From the NCBI GenBank assembly GCA_964016885.1, contig OZ024747.1:18600001-18664000 (forward strand): 64,000 nucleotides of DNA, written 5' to 3'. The notes under the pieces are model-generated. The model made no database searches and was not told the origin of the DNA. It saw nothing but the letters and a program-made list of their open reading frames with translations. The position numbers were made by a program, and so were the translations under genes. Within the stretch, counting starts at the first letter, position 1. The number at the start of each line of letters is the position of its first letter. Source of the stretch: Eledone cirrhosa (lineage: Eukaryota). Positions 43,939-58,326 of this stretch are shown here, piece after piece.

Positions 43939-45108
43939 ACACATATGTGTGTGTGTGTATGTATTCCTGAATTCAAATCCCGCAGGTATCTATAAATAAA
44001 TAAAGTACCAGTACGGAAAGGATGCCTGTTCTGACAACTTTATACATTTTGTGTTCAAATTCCGCCTCCTGTCACCAAGAAAGCGATAACGCTACTGCCA
44101 GACATTGCGACAGACAGGGTCAGCAACGTAAAGACCAAGCATAGTTTCTTTGGTCCAATTTTACCATCGGTTTCTTTATATTTCTTTTTATAAGAAATAG
44201 TTTTTATGGAATTGTCAGTAAGTAATTCATCATAAAACTGGTTTTAGAATATTTAATTTTCGTCAATGATTTTACACTATGATTGCAATCTCAACTAAAC
44301 TGTAGAATTGTTTTCTTGAAATGTTGAGTTAAAATGTTGCCATGATTATGATGATTGCTGATGAAAGGTCTTCCGTTGGTTTCGACACTAAGTATCGGAT
44401 GATCGATCAACTAAACATCCAACACGTGAATTAACGTGTTGGGTGTTTGCCACTGCCACCGCCACCATTTTACTGAACCCCTTTCTTCTTGTTGTTCTTC
44501 TTCTTGGAAGAGAGTGATAGGGGCGGGCGTGAGAGAGTGTGAGAGAGAGGGGGGGGGGGGGGGTCCTCAAATACTCCTTTCTTTCTTACTTTTTATTCTC
44601 CTTCCGATTTAACTTGTTCTACAATCCACGACCAAACGAAAACATCAGTCTTCAACCGGCGTCTTTATAACTCAAATGAAATATAGGAGTGACTTTTCTT
44701 AAGAAAAAAAAAAAAGGACTAAAAAATTCCCCACTGGAGATGTTGAAAAATGTTTTCAGAGAGAGAGAGAGAACAAGTTTTCAAAAACACTTTGTATTAC
44801 ACTTCGCTAAGTGTTCACATAACCAAAGCTATTAAAGTATCAAAGAACCATCAGACTGATATCATTTACTACAACATTGTGTTGGCGATCAGTCTTTAGA
44901 ACACGGTAACTTTTGTTTCCTTATTTTTCTTCCTCTTTCTTCCATAATCTTTGTTTATTTCATGCCGGATATATCATCGTTAAATCTATCTTCGTTTCGT
45001 GTCAACGATAAATTAAATTGTTTTTTCTAGAGAAAAATCGTTGTTCATTTAAATGGATGTTAAAAGTAATCTTCTGTGTAATTGAATGCTATCAACTTCT
45101 TCGCAAAA

Positions 45109-45182
<74 letters not shown>

Positions 45183-45608
45183 TCATCGTATCCCTCCTCT
45201 CTTAAGTGAAAATATCTTAGTAGAATTAAGTACATTAATAATTGTGTCTACTTTTGGCACAAAGCCACCAATTACTCAGTACATTACTGGTACTTTAATA
45301 ATGCCCTTCTATTTATGTGTGTGTATGTTTGCATGCGTTAAGTAACGAAAACAAATATGTTTGTCAAATTACTTGTTAAAAACTATACGTATATGTGTGT
45401 GTTTGATTGTGTGTGTATGAATAAATGAGAGAGAGGGGATATATATATATATATATATTGAGTATATGTTGGTTGTTTACTGACACCTAAGTATGCAGAT
45501 TGGAACACTCGACGAAGTAAGCAGGTTGGTTTGTTTACTCCGGAGTAATGTAACATAATTAAGTCAAATATGTAAAATTTGGCTTCGTTTATTATAAATT
45601 ATATATAT

Positions 45609-45663
45609 ACTTCTATATATATTTCGGTGACAGCCATCATTGGTTGTGACCTCTTCAGGCAGT
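45609..45663 (-). ncRNA. Hammerhead motif (slightly decayed inverted copy)
   Basis: ACTGC-CTGAAGA-GGTcACAaCCA(atga)TGGCTGTcACC-GAAA-TATATA-TA-GAAGT. Confidence 0.65.
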
Positions 45664-45800
45664 CCGAATTAGTGTGGGAAAGACAGGTACACATGTTGTT
45701 GAAGTGTGTTTTACTCCGTCAATACATCGACATGTCCAGCTCCTGGTTGTGTTGTTATTTCTCTGAGGAACTGGAATCATATGATGTGATTCCAATTCTG

Positions 45801-45855
45801 ACTGCCTGAAGAGGTTACAGCCAATGATGGCTGTCACCGAAATATATATAGCAGT
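45801..45855 (+). ncRNA. Type I hammerhead ribozyme
   Basis: ACTGC-CTGAAGA-GGTtACAGCCA(atga)TGGCTGTcACC-GAAA-TATATA-TA-GCAGT; canonical core with G10.1-C11.1. Confidence 0.85.
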
Positions 45856-45906
45856 ATATATATAACTTATAATAAACGAAGCCTAATTTTACATATTTGA
45901 CTTAAT

Positions 45907-45987
<81 letters not shown>

Positions 45988-48900
45988 CCCATAACCCACA
46001 GGGTTGTAGAAGTACAGCGTGAAGACGTCTTTGGATGGTATATTATATATTCTTTAGTGCATCCTCGTGATGAAGCTATACATCAACATAGCAAAATCAA
46101 GATTCCACCTCCTCGACACCATCGCACCACAATGTAGGACGCTGCCACAACGACGACCAGAGAATCGCGAAATCTTAATCTTGGAAACCACATACAAAGT
46201 AATGATATATGAACTGTAGATAAGACATCTTCAGACGGCAAACCGAAACCATATCGATCCGGCTAGGTATTTTTTGAAGATTATCATTCCAATTCACTTC
46301 GTTGAAATATGGGACTCAATAACAGTCCTAGCCTCCACCCACAAGAGAAATTAAATCCGAGACAAGAATGTTTTTAGATCTCACCATGGGAGTGATTCCT
46401 TCAGGGAAGATATCTCAGATATTCACGAATATCCTCCTTGGTTCTCTGAGCTCCAGAATGATGTAACGTATTCCGTTCCCATAGGCCCTTCCACTGCTAC
46501 ATTTAGAAATTTAGGTCTGTAATTAGTCATGTTTATATTAAGAGTATATCCTGGTGAATATATAAACGAATAGATTATATCATGTATATATATTGAGGTT
46601 TGTGGTATATATATTACATATATATTTTAATGGATATGTTAATTTTAATTATAACCTTCATTATTCTAGAAGGATATTTTGTTACTTATTCCTAAATAAA
46701 ACCAATCTGTGTTCAACAACTAGAGAACCATATTCAAATATCTTATGGTTAATTCTATACACAGACTGAAGAATTTTACACCTCGGGCTATGGCAATTTA
46801 TTTAGAAAAACATTCCTCTTCAAAAACTGATTACAGAATTAGTTCCATCAATACATAGAATAAGACCTGCGAAGGTCTTTGTTATTACCTCCTTTTCATT
46901 CCTGCATTGATTGGTAAGTAAAGAAAATGTTACTTGATTCCTTCATGTCATACTTGGGCGAAATGTTGATAGAATTTGTTGACATTGAATTAAAGGGCTT
47001 CTATCGGGACCTGGGCATAAAAGAGGACTTGAACATAGTGCTGCAAACTACGCGTCACATTTTAGTTATTTAGCCCGAGGTCAGCCCTGTTCAAACAGAT
47101 TAGCCATGAGCATTTCGACTTGTTCTAGACAACATTGTCCTATGTCTTTCCCATTTTTTAAAGGACAGTAGTGTAGTTTGATGAATATTTGACTGCTCTT
47201 TCTGGCCGAACGGCTATGTAGCAGATGTCACAGTATATCTAGTACTATGGGAAAACCCGAAGAAAGTAGTCATGTATTGCTGCACGTTGTTTAGTTACAC
47301 TGCACGCCACAATTTTCTATTTAGAACAGTCGAGATCTGCAGAACAGTAGATGAATACCCCCTCAAATATAAAATGTGACACAGTTTTAATTCCTGGTGG
47401 AAACCGCTTGCATTTCACTTACACCACGGATGCCCTAACCCTTAAGACACTTGTGGCTAATTAAAAAAAAAAAACAGCAAAGAGCTATATTAATTTTATT
47501 ATTTAGTTAGGAAGGGAAGGGCAGTGCCCATGAATCATATCGAGGTCTCCAAAACTGGTAGGAAGAAGGGTGGGGTGGGGGTGATATTTTGAAACTGAAC
47601 TCTGGTCCAAAAACTCGCAACAGAGTGGATGCCACTAAAGGTAGCGAAAAGTTAAGTGATGGTATTAAACTGAGCGACTAATTAAGCCGGCCACCTGTCA
47701 TCCCGCCGAGGTTAACTTTGCCTTTCATCCTTACGGGGTCGATAAAATAAAGTACCAGTAATCTACTGAGTAATTGCTGGCCTTGTGCCAATAGTAGAAA
47801 CAATTATTATTCTGTGATCAAGGGCGGTGGATCACCCTGTACGTAATTTAGAGTTTTCTGCTCGCTTCTTCTCTTCGTCATAGGAATTTCAATTTTATAG
47901 CTATTATAAAATTTTAAGAATATTTTTCCTGCACTTTAAATTCTGAGTTCAGATCACACAAAGTTTTGTCTTTCATTCTTCCGGAGAGAGGGTGATAAAA
48001 TAAAGTACCAGTCAAGTACCAGTCAACAACTTTCCCCTTCCAACAAATTGCAGTCTTGTAACTAGTTTAGAAATAATTTTAAAGTAATTTACTGCTGTGG
48101 CGTTTTACTAAATATCTAGCAGATAACTCTTTGAGAGAGTAAAAAAAAAGAAAAAAAGAAAAACAATTCTAGTGTCTTTAGAGCATTTTTTCATATAACG
48201 TAGTAAAATTAGTGATTATTTTATTGTCTGTTTTTATAGTAAAATATGACTTTAGAGTGTAAATATAACGACCATGGAATTATTGGGGGTTCAGTTGGTA
48301 CGAATTTCAACTCTGCTAGAAAGATTAAAGAAGCATGCTATGGATTAGGAAGCTTCCTTTATAATTTTGTTTATTTATTTCCTACTGCTCCCTAGATTCG
48401 AGAAATTGTCCGGTAATTAAATTAGCAGCTTGAGGGAAGAGTATACATGTCCTCTTGAAGAAGGATACTTGTCTTCTGTATGTATGGAATGATAGTTAAG
48501 TTAGTGCTAACATATTTAGTGATGGGGATATTTTTTAAAAAATGCTAATGAGAAATAATTATGTGGCAGAGGGGTAGCAATTCCAGACATGTTTTCTGTC
48601 TTATAATCCTATCGGCGTAACATAGACTTGCCAAATTAGTTAGAGGAGAATTACTAAATAAAACTGTCGAAATGTCTTCAATTATTCCTGTAATTAAGGT
48701 TGATAACCAAATGACTCATCTTTATATTAATTCCCATCCTTTCACTGTGGTTGTCCTCTCTCGTCAGAAGAGTTTGTACTCAAGTAGTTTCTTTCCAGAG
48801 TCGTTAGAATGTGGGGTAGAACGCTTTGCGATAATCGTTCTAAGTTCAAATCCCACTGAGGACACCTTTGCCTTTCATCCTTTCACGGTCGATAAAAATG

Positions 48901-51311
48901 TACGAGTTCAGTACTGAGCTCGATTCTCTCTCTCTAAGAAATTAGCTGTGCTTAGACCCGGAGAAGGATGGGTGACGCTAAGTTTAAAACGCCCTTACAA
49001 CTCTACCAGGAGTTACGGAACCATACATTGTCAGTTGGTGGACTGGGTCATTTGAGCATTTTAGTGGTGATAGGGTACGAGTTATGAACCTATCATCTGG
49101 TTGTCGAGAACCCAAACCATCCAACAACTATGTTCCTTGATAAACGTTAGGAGAAGAGTTGGCGATTGGAATTTAAAGAAAATATTATAAAGTATATTAG
49201 TAAATTATTTGAACTTTTGAAAACTATTTGAAAACAAAAACGTTTGCTAATCTTACCCACGATCATAAAAACACAAAATGGGTAGATTTGACGCAAGGTA
49301 AGTAAACAGGCATATACACACACATACAGTTATGTATTTAGTTAATACATCTGTTACATCTTAAAAATTGGTACACTGTCGATAAATATCCCCTCTCCTA
49401 CTTTCTTTCTCAGATCTTTGTTCAGGCACTTCCGAGAATATTTCTCCCATTGGTGGAAGGATGGAGCCCGTTTCGTTTTACCTTTCCCTAAGAACACGAA
49501 ACAAATATCTGCTTGTTTCCTTTGCCATTTGAACACATTGTTTATGGTATCCCTTGTAATCATAAACGATTTAAGAAAGCATAATTGAGTCATAAAACAA
49601 AATCCCGAATAAATACACCTTTTGAATACTTCCGTTTTGGTTAAACGAATCTTTAAGTGTATACTATACCAGAGGCTATTAGCCTTATGTACTAATTCGG
49701 TTTCTATTGGCGTTACCTCGACTGACGTTTTCATGGTTGAAAATAAACAGACGAAAGTAGTTACATCTACAAAGAGTGTAGTGTATAAACTAATGTGAAG
49801 TGCTTAGTAGAACTGGGTTTTTTTTTTATAACTCTCAGAGGATACTGTTGATGATAAACAAATATGTTAAAGGAGAGGAGACGCAAAAAGAAATTACTTT
49901 AATTTTAGCGTTTATAGAAATTATTTTAAAACGTCTGCATTTATCCTCGAATATCAGTTAAATGTGACAGCTGTCACCCCGTATTCGCAATGTCGGGCTT
50001 TTTGTAAATCAGTTCAGCTTTCTAGAATGAGCTTCCTCGGTCTGTAAAAACTGCATCATCTAAGACTTAGATTCTAGGTTAATTTCCAAATCAAATCTGA
50101 AGACCTGTCTTTGAAATTTTTATTTGTATAAACGTGTAACAATTTTTTTTTATTAACGTTGAAGGAAAAACTCAGGAGACATGAAATTTGTTCATTTTTC
50201 CACACAGTAGAGTCTTTTCTGCAACTGCGCAAATGTTTGGAGTGGGGCGAGATTAAAGGCGTGCTGTTGCCATCCGTAATTTTGTAAATACATAGACGGG
50301 TGCTATGGTGTTCTCGGGTGGAGGAACCACAAAAAGGGAGTAATTTACGGCGGTTTTAAAGTTCATATTAGTTTAAAATACGCACACACACAAAATCATT
50401 GGAAAAACAAATTTGACCTTCAAAATTCTTACCAAACTTATCAACTAACTACTCATACAATAGTTTTACTATTAACACTACTCTGCGTGACTGATTTGAA
50501 AATCAAACTAGACTATAGTAATGGACGCTGAAATATTTCAAGATCTAAATGAATAACTATTTGAAAACAAGCAATTACTCTATAAACAACGAAATAATAT
50601 CAGGATATTCAAAGAGAGTGAGTCGTGGACTCTATTGAACTTCAAATCTACAGATGTTCCCACAACGAAGCAGATGTAAATAGAAATTAGATAGTCGGAT
50701 ACACATTTCTGATATATGATTTCACCCCTTTATTGCCATATTTTAAATCAAATATACCACAGGTGAGTGATAGACATTTTGCGAAAATCCTGTTGCCCAA
50801 CAGAATCCCTATTAAATTACTGTATTGAAACGTAATATTCTCTCAACTTTTAATGTTAAGATTTCACGCTAAGATAATTGTTTTCTTCTTATTCTGCTGT
50901 ATACTAAACCATCGTCCTTGTGTGACCCGCTTAAGTAACTATACATATTTCCTTTACCCCGCCCAAGTAAACATTGCTATTTAAAAAAAAAAGAAGATAT
51001 CCCATCTGTTTGGGTAAACACCAGCGGTTCGTGTCAGATCCTTGAAATGAAGGTAATCAGAAGCCTGATTGGTGCTGAAAACGGTGACTACATCTGAAAC
51101 GAAAACCACGTGAACATTAATTGTGAGAATAAGCGTAACAGACAGCACGTTCTGTACTATACCTTTGCGTGTTTACATATATACATATATCACACTTACA
51201 CACACACAACATATATATATATATATATATATATTATACATGATATGTGTATTACATATATGTGTATATATTACACATACACATATATATTATGATATAT
51301 GTATATATAAT

Positions 51312-51373
<62 letters not shown>

Positions 51374-52045
51374 GGAGTGAGTGAGTGTAGTATATATTAG
51401 TGTATAACTATGTTAGAGTGATTATATACGTTTCACATCCGTAAATGACGGTTCTAAAACGAGAAAGACACGAGAGCAAAGATCAATTCCAGATGCTTCT
51501 GATGGTTTCTAAACAAGCCATGCATAAGTCTATCACTTCACTAAAGCAGATGTTTAATACATTTATCATTATAAAATATATTAAGAACATCTACAAAAAT
51601 TTAAAAAAACGAAACATACACTCCTCTCATCCAATTGGCCAGAGCATAACCAGCATCAAATCCTTCAACTATATATATATATATATATTGTTGTTTTTAA
51701 TAAGTATTTATATATATATATATGTGTTCTGGCGCTCAGCGTTCTGTGTTCAACCCCCCCCCCTCTCCGAGGTCGATAAAAAAGTACCAATCCTGGTTTT
51801 TGACAGAAATAATTGAAATTAACAACTGAAGCACAACAGATGCCAAGGGGTAGTTAGTCATAGCTGTGAGTGTTTGTATCTCGAGGAGTGCCTGTATATG
51901 TAATGGAAAAATGAAATTTGCAGGTTTACCTGCAAATTTCATTGCATCTCATACAGAATTTCTCTGGAAATTTAATAATTGTTTCTACTTTTGGCACAAG
52001 GAGACCCTCAGACATGTCATGAAAAGCAACGTAAATTGAAATGTG

Positions 52046-52080
<35 letters not shown>

Positions 52081-52872
52081 TATTTATTAAATAACAGATT
52101 AAAGTTTAAGCAAAGAATCGCTGCTTTCACCCTTAACGGGATCTTCTGAAACTAACAAAGTCAATCTGTAAACGCAGAACTGGATATTTCAAAAAACGTT
52201 GCAACCGGAGGAAGACAGGAAGACGATACTTTGGTTCGTGGTAACGTTCGCTGGCTAAGAACGGGAAAAAACGAATATAATTGTTTCTACGTTAGGCACA
52301 AGGCCAGCAATTACCCAGTACATTACTGGTACTTTATTTTATCGACCCCGTAAGGATGAAAGGCAAAGTTAACCTCGGCGGGATTCGAATATAATACGTC
52401 ATTAATAGGAGCGGTGAAAAACAATTACGCGCAAAGACAGAACCACGTTTATGGTATAAAAGAGGTCGTAGACTAATGTTCTCTTAGGTGGTGCATAGAG
52501 ACGTTCTCTGGCAATGAACGAAAAAAACGAAGATAATACGTCATATGTGGAGCGTGAAGAACAATAGCACGCAAAGACAAAACCACGTAAATGGTATAGC
52601 AGAAGTCGTAGACTAAATTCTAACTAGGAGACCGAATGAATCTCCGCTACGGAGTTAAGAACAAAGTAAATAAATACAATACAGAAATAATAGAAATAAA
52701 TACATACACGCAAACAGATACGTACATACACAAGCATACGCAAAAACTTACCATAGGTAAACAAAACCACGCACATATAAATATGTGTGTGTGTGTAAGC
52801 GTGTATAAAAATAAATAAATAATTATATAAACGTATATAAATAAATACGTATATAACGTATATAACAAGCGC

Positions 52873-53617
52873 ACATGAGAAGAAAGAAGAATACTGCGTG
52901 GTTTGCACATGGGTTACATATGATAAAAATAGTCCTTTGTCAGTGATTTTCCAACCATCATTGGTATTTCATCGCATTAAAAATCAGATACCTCAGGTTG
53001 GTGCGAGCAATAACTAAAAAAAGTTATTGGGACCAGTATTCGCGTAAGGCGAGGGAGGCAAGTAAACAACATAGAAGGATAAAAGCAAACCGAAGATAGG
53101 AAAATAAACAAGCAACATGGTTGTCCGGTCAGCATAACCTGGGTGGATTTCATGAGCGAGAGACGTACAGACCGTGTTGATGTGTGTGAGATGTGAGCAA
53201 GAAGAGACCCACACAAGCCAAACGGGGGGAAGTGAGAAGGGGAGAAACAGAGTGGAAGTGTGAGGAAGAGGTCAGTCGAGAGAAAGTGTAACTGACAGAG
53301 GGGGCGAAAGAAGGTGAGAGAAACAGAGAGAGCGGGGAAGCAGTAAGAGAGAAACAGACAAACGCAGCAGAGGTAAATATATATAAAAAAACATGAGAAG
53401 AAAGAAGAATACTGCGTGGTTTGCACATGGGTTACATATGATAAAAATAGTCCTTCGTCAGTGATTTGCCAACCATCATTGGTATTTCATCGCATTAAAA
53501 ACCAGATACCTCAGGTTGGTGCGAGCAATAACTAAAACAAGTTATTGGGACCAGTAATTCGCGTAAAGCGAGGGGGACAAGTAAACAACATAGAAGGATA
53601 AAAGCAAACCGAAGATA
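52873..53617. repeat. Direct repeat of about 226 bp (52873-53098 and 53391-53617), pLTR-like
   Basis: Near-identical copies; the minus strand of the second carries CTGACGAaGGAC...GTGCAAAC, a decayed hammerhead-like motif; a fragment also occurs at about 14558-14610. Confidence 0.85.
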
Positions 53618-53774
53618 TATATAAATAAATAAATTAGACAATTATCAATTATCTGTAAAACAACTGATGTTCTTACATTGAGCTATTTCTCTTACTGGTA
53701 ATAAGGTAGTAGGAAATTACTGATCTTTCCTGTTTATAGTTGTTTATAGTATATACATAACTATAAATAGTATT

Positions 53775-53827
<53 letters not shown>

Positions 53828-53883
53828 TAACAGATTAAAGTTTAAGCAAAGAATCGGATTTTAGTCTTCACATTTATTATTAT

Positions 53884-53920
<37 letters not shown>

Positions 53921-54500
53921 CTATGACTCAGTAGATCCCGGTAAAAGCAAGGATTTGGTAGAGTCGTTAGGGGTCGGATTAAAATGAATTTGCATATATT
54001 CCAGCTCATTGCACCCTGAGTTTTCAAATCCTGCCAACCCAATCATCCTTCGGATATTCAATCAATAAACTCCAAAACTGGGGGTCGATTCTCCCTCTCC
54101 CCTTTCTCTCACCCACCTCCTCTGTCTCCATCCCTTTTTCACACTCTCAAATCGACTGTGTTCCAACAAGGAGTGATATGGGGTTGACCAGGTTAAACAT
54201 TCCCAAGAGTCTGTCACAAGTTAGCCCAAGATCAAGGAAAGGTTAGAATTTAGTTTTATTAAAAAACAAAATAGAAAGCCCGATTTTCATGTGATTTATG
54301 TATTGGAAGAGAACATGAACATCTGTTGTAAGTGTTCCCGTGTGTTCGCCACACAAACAAAATATAGGTAATTGTTGGCTCTAAATCATGCCATGGTTAA
54401 CTGAACATTTGCTTCATGTCTTCGGCCTTATGCTTTTCAAATTAACCGACTAATAATTTTTATCTATTTATTTTGTTCCTCATGTTTGTATATATTCAAT

Positions 54501-54567
<67 letters not shown>

Positions 54568-54646
54568 TGCTATTTCAAGCGTTAAACTAATATATTTCTT
54601 CCATGTACTGTGCTGTTTGTTTTGTTATTTTTGTTATTACTTTTAA

Positions 54647-54859
<213 letters not shown>

Positions 54860-54866
54860 ATATAAT

Positions 54867-54908
<42 letters not shown>

Positions 54909-55387
54909 ATATAATTGTGTATATATATATATATATATATATATAATTGTGTATATATATATATATATATATATATAATTGTGTATATATATGTATAATA
55001 CAGCTTCTAATTTTAGATGATGGATAGTTTAGTGAACTTGAAAAACCAGGAAACAATTTTCTTTCATGCACAATGCATACATACACACAAGTGTTCATAC
55101 TCATCCATACACATCCAGACATATATACCCTCAAATAACTGACACCTACACATATGTTTGTACATGCTTATACATACACCTGAGTCATATGTATATCCAA
55201 TTACTTATGTTTATTATATGGGATTGGTTGGAAGAATTTGTCAAGCTGAAATCTCTGATGAGATTCATTAGTTACTTGATATATTGAAAGGAATAATTGT
55301 TTTGTTTTCTTATTTACATGTGAACATAGTCTTACCTTGTATAAACAAGAGAGTATAATTTATTGAATTATTATTGATATATAGCTG

Positions 55388-55568
55388 TAGATTGGCAGTA
55401 TCGGTAGAGGGTTGGACACCATGCTTTGACGCATAGAGTTACGGCCCTTGCCATTCTGAGTTCAAATCCAGCCGAGCTTAACTTTGCCTTTCATCCTTAC
55501 GGGGTCGATAAAATAAAGTACCAGTAATGTACTGGGTAATTGCTGGCCTTGTGCCAATAGTAGAAACA
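55388..55568 (+). mobile_element. Young Meta-type SINE with 18-bp TSD
   Basis: attattgatatatagctg at 55370-55387 and 55569-55586. Confidence 0.9.
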
Positions 55569-55705
55569 ATTATTGATATATAGCTGGATATTTATAAGAT
55601 CTCTATGTTGGTACCTGGGTATTAAACACCCTATGTTAATACTACAATGTAATCCACAACTAAAAAAAGTTAGTTACAGTTATTACATACTATATTTATA
55701 TTTAA

Positions 55706-55944
55706 CCCTTTTGTGACCATATTTCTAATGAAAATCACTGCCTATGGTTTTTAAATAATTTTGAAAACAATCAAGAATTTGGAGCAATTTAAAAGTTTAA
55801 CTAACTTTCTCATTATTAATTAATGTTTGCAGCCTAACTTCACAAAGGTTCATGCATAAAATTATGATGGAAGGCTTTTTGATGATGATGATGATAAACA
55901 CTTTAAAACAGTTTTGTATATCAATCATAGGTTGATATTAAGAG
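55706..55944. mobile_element. Decayed TTAA-flanked (piggyBac-like) MITE
   Basis: TTAA-CCCTTTTGTGACC ... GATATTAAGAG-TTAA; the internal sequence is homologous to 57821-58326. Confidence 0.5.
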
Positions 55945-57820
55945 TTAATATAGTTATGGGATATAGTTTAGTAGAAAACTGAATTTTAAATTTAATATTT
56001 TACATTCAGCCCTTATTATTTAGTGTATTGTCAGATAATGCAATGGTCAAGGAGCACTGTCATTGTTGGGCAATAACTGGTCTTAATTCAGCCCTTCATT
56101 TGATCATAGACTTACCCGATGAAAGAGCTAAATGACTACAACAATCACCATGAGTCAAAGAATTAGTCTCTACATGGTAGTGCATCCTGCAAGAAATAGC
56201 TTTTCCTCAAATCACTCCTTATCACCATCATCATCATCATGTTTTTGTTGACCTTTCTATGATGACATAAGTTGTCTGGGAGTTTTTGAGGTAACATTTT
56301 GCAGCTGGATGCCCTTCCTGACACTAACCCTTTTAGTTGGTTGTTATGAAATACAGGGATATGGTGTACCTATTCTAAACTAGAGACTCATTGTATTATA
56401 AAGAAGAGTAGCATGCTGGTTAATGTACTCTTAGACACACTATGTTTAAAAAACACAGATGATTTGATCAAGTCTGAAGCATCTATTATGTTTGGTCTGC
56501 TTAACAAGGGCTGACATAAATAGAAGCAGACTTAAATATATGTATATATTAACAGTACTTTTTCTCAAACATCACTAGTTTCCTCAACTTTTTATGTAGT
56601 CCTAGATACACTGTGCCATCTGCTGTATTGTGTCATCTTACTCAGGGTTAAACAATCACAAATCCAGGAGGTTACTTCTAAATATATATATATGTGTCAT
56701 AGATTAGTTTCCTTATTAACATAGGTTTTACTGGTCATAAACCTACAACAATGATCATCAATGCAATTTGCATTGGTTGAATGGGTCATTACAGATCAAA
56801 TCAGTATTTCATAAGACAGCCCCTGTCCTCCTAGATGGGTTGGGGCGCAGGGGAGGGGAGAGGGGAGAATGACGTTTTGCTCAGATACCCTTCATTCTTG
56901 GCATGGTTATAGCTGAATGCTTTTCCTAAAGCCAGCCACGGAGGTTATCATGTACTTAATGTAATTGAAGAGTCAAACAACAGCTTATAAATTATTACAA
57001 ATAATTGTTTCTACTTTTGGCACAAGGCCAGCAATTACCCAGTGCATTACTGGTACTTTATTTTATCGACCCCGTAAGGATGAAAGGCAAAGTTAACCTT
57101 GGTGGGAAATAATAATTATCATTGAAAGAAAAAATAAGTTTTCTTAGAATTAGTAATTATATAAATTGGAAGAAAATCGTATTTTTTAAAAATGATGATT
57201 ATGTAATATATATGTTTAGAAATATATTCAATTAGAATTTGTGAAATAACCTTGTTTCAAAAATTATTTCAAGTAGATCTTACCATATTATGAAATTTGA
57301 AGAAAAATAGCCACTCCTATCAACATATTCTTCACTATTAACATTGCATAGTTACCATGTATGTATATATATATATATATAAATAAAAAAATTCGATTAG
57401 TACTTGCTATATTGCAACTACAACTACGATTCATACCCAATATATATAACTTCTATCTATCTATCTATTTATCTATCTATCTATATATATATATATATAT
57501 ATATATAAGTTAATCTTCTATGAACTATGATGTAAAAGATTTTTTACTTATGTTACCCTGAAAAAAGAAAACTGTGCCACACAAACATGATAACGAAACT
57601 TGAACTTAAAAATGGAGAAGTTGTCAACTTAACCACGCCCTGATAAGTATTTAAACTCAAATAATAATAATATGACTATTTAACTATTTCAGATAAGATG
57701 TACTCTTCTGTAGAAAATAAAAATTGTAGAGAAAAAAACACCCATAAAGCAACAAAAAACATATTATATAGTGGTCATTTGCTGGCAGTAGTAGAACATT
57801 TGACCATTTCCCTGTCTCAA

Positions 57821-58326
57821 CCCTTTCTTTGCCATACCTCTAACAAAAAACACTACCTATGATTTTTAAATAATTTAACCCTTTAGCATTTAAACTGACC
57901 GTATCTAGCCAGAATTCTCTCATCTCTTTCTGTTCAAACCAGCTGTAGGTGGCCACTCATACCGATGTTAAGGTATTGTCTCAAAATAAATAATATCAAA
58001 ATCTCAGGTTTGATATTATGTGAGATAATTTTGAAAGGTAAAATTATTCTGTGAAAATATAATAATAAATATAGAGTAATGTAAATGCTAAAGGGTTTAA
58101 ATGTAATCAAGAATTTGTAGAGATTTAATAATTGTTTCTACTTTAGGCACAAGGCCAGCAATTACCCAGTGCATTACTGGTACTTTATTTTATCGACCCC
58201 GTAAGGATTGTAGAGATTTAATAATATAACTAAGTTTCTCATTATTGAGTTGATGTTAGAAACATAACATAACGGTTTTGTATCATAAACCCAGGGATAG
58301 TTTTAAGCAAGTTCGTATCAAAAGGG
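57821..58326. mobile_element. TTAA MITE hosting a second TTAA MITE (57879-58095) and a truncated SINE (58133-58207)
   Basis: Inner TIR CCCTTTAGCATTTA / TAAATGCTAAAGGG; SINE TSD ttgtagagatttaataat; outer right end GTATCAAAAGGG-TTAA. Confidence 0.65.

Larger units (their letters stand above)
45557..45908. repeat. Fold-back cassette with arms of about 115 bp, each carrying a hammerhead
   Basis: About 45557-45670 is the reverse complement of about 45794-45908. Confidence 0.85.

Noticed and set aside
46837-46913. ag...gtaagt-bounded candidate exon
   Set aside because: Stop codons in all three frames and a weak polypyrimidine tract.
49354-49734. 126-aa minus-strand ORF
   Set aside because: No recognisable motif or exon boundaries; length compatible with chance.
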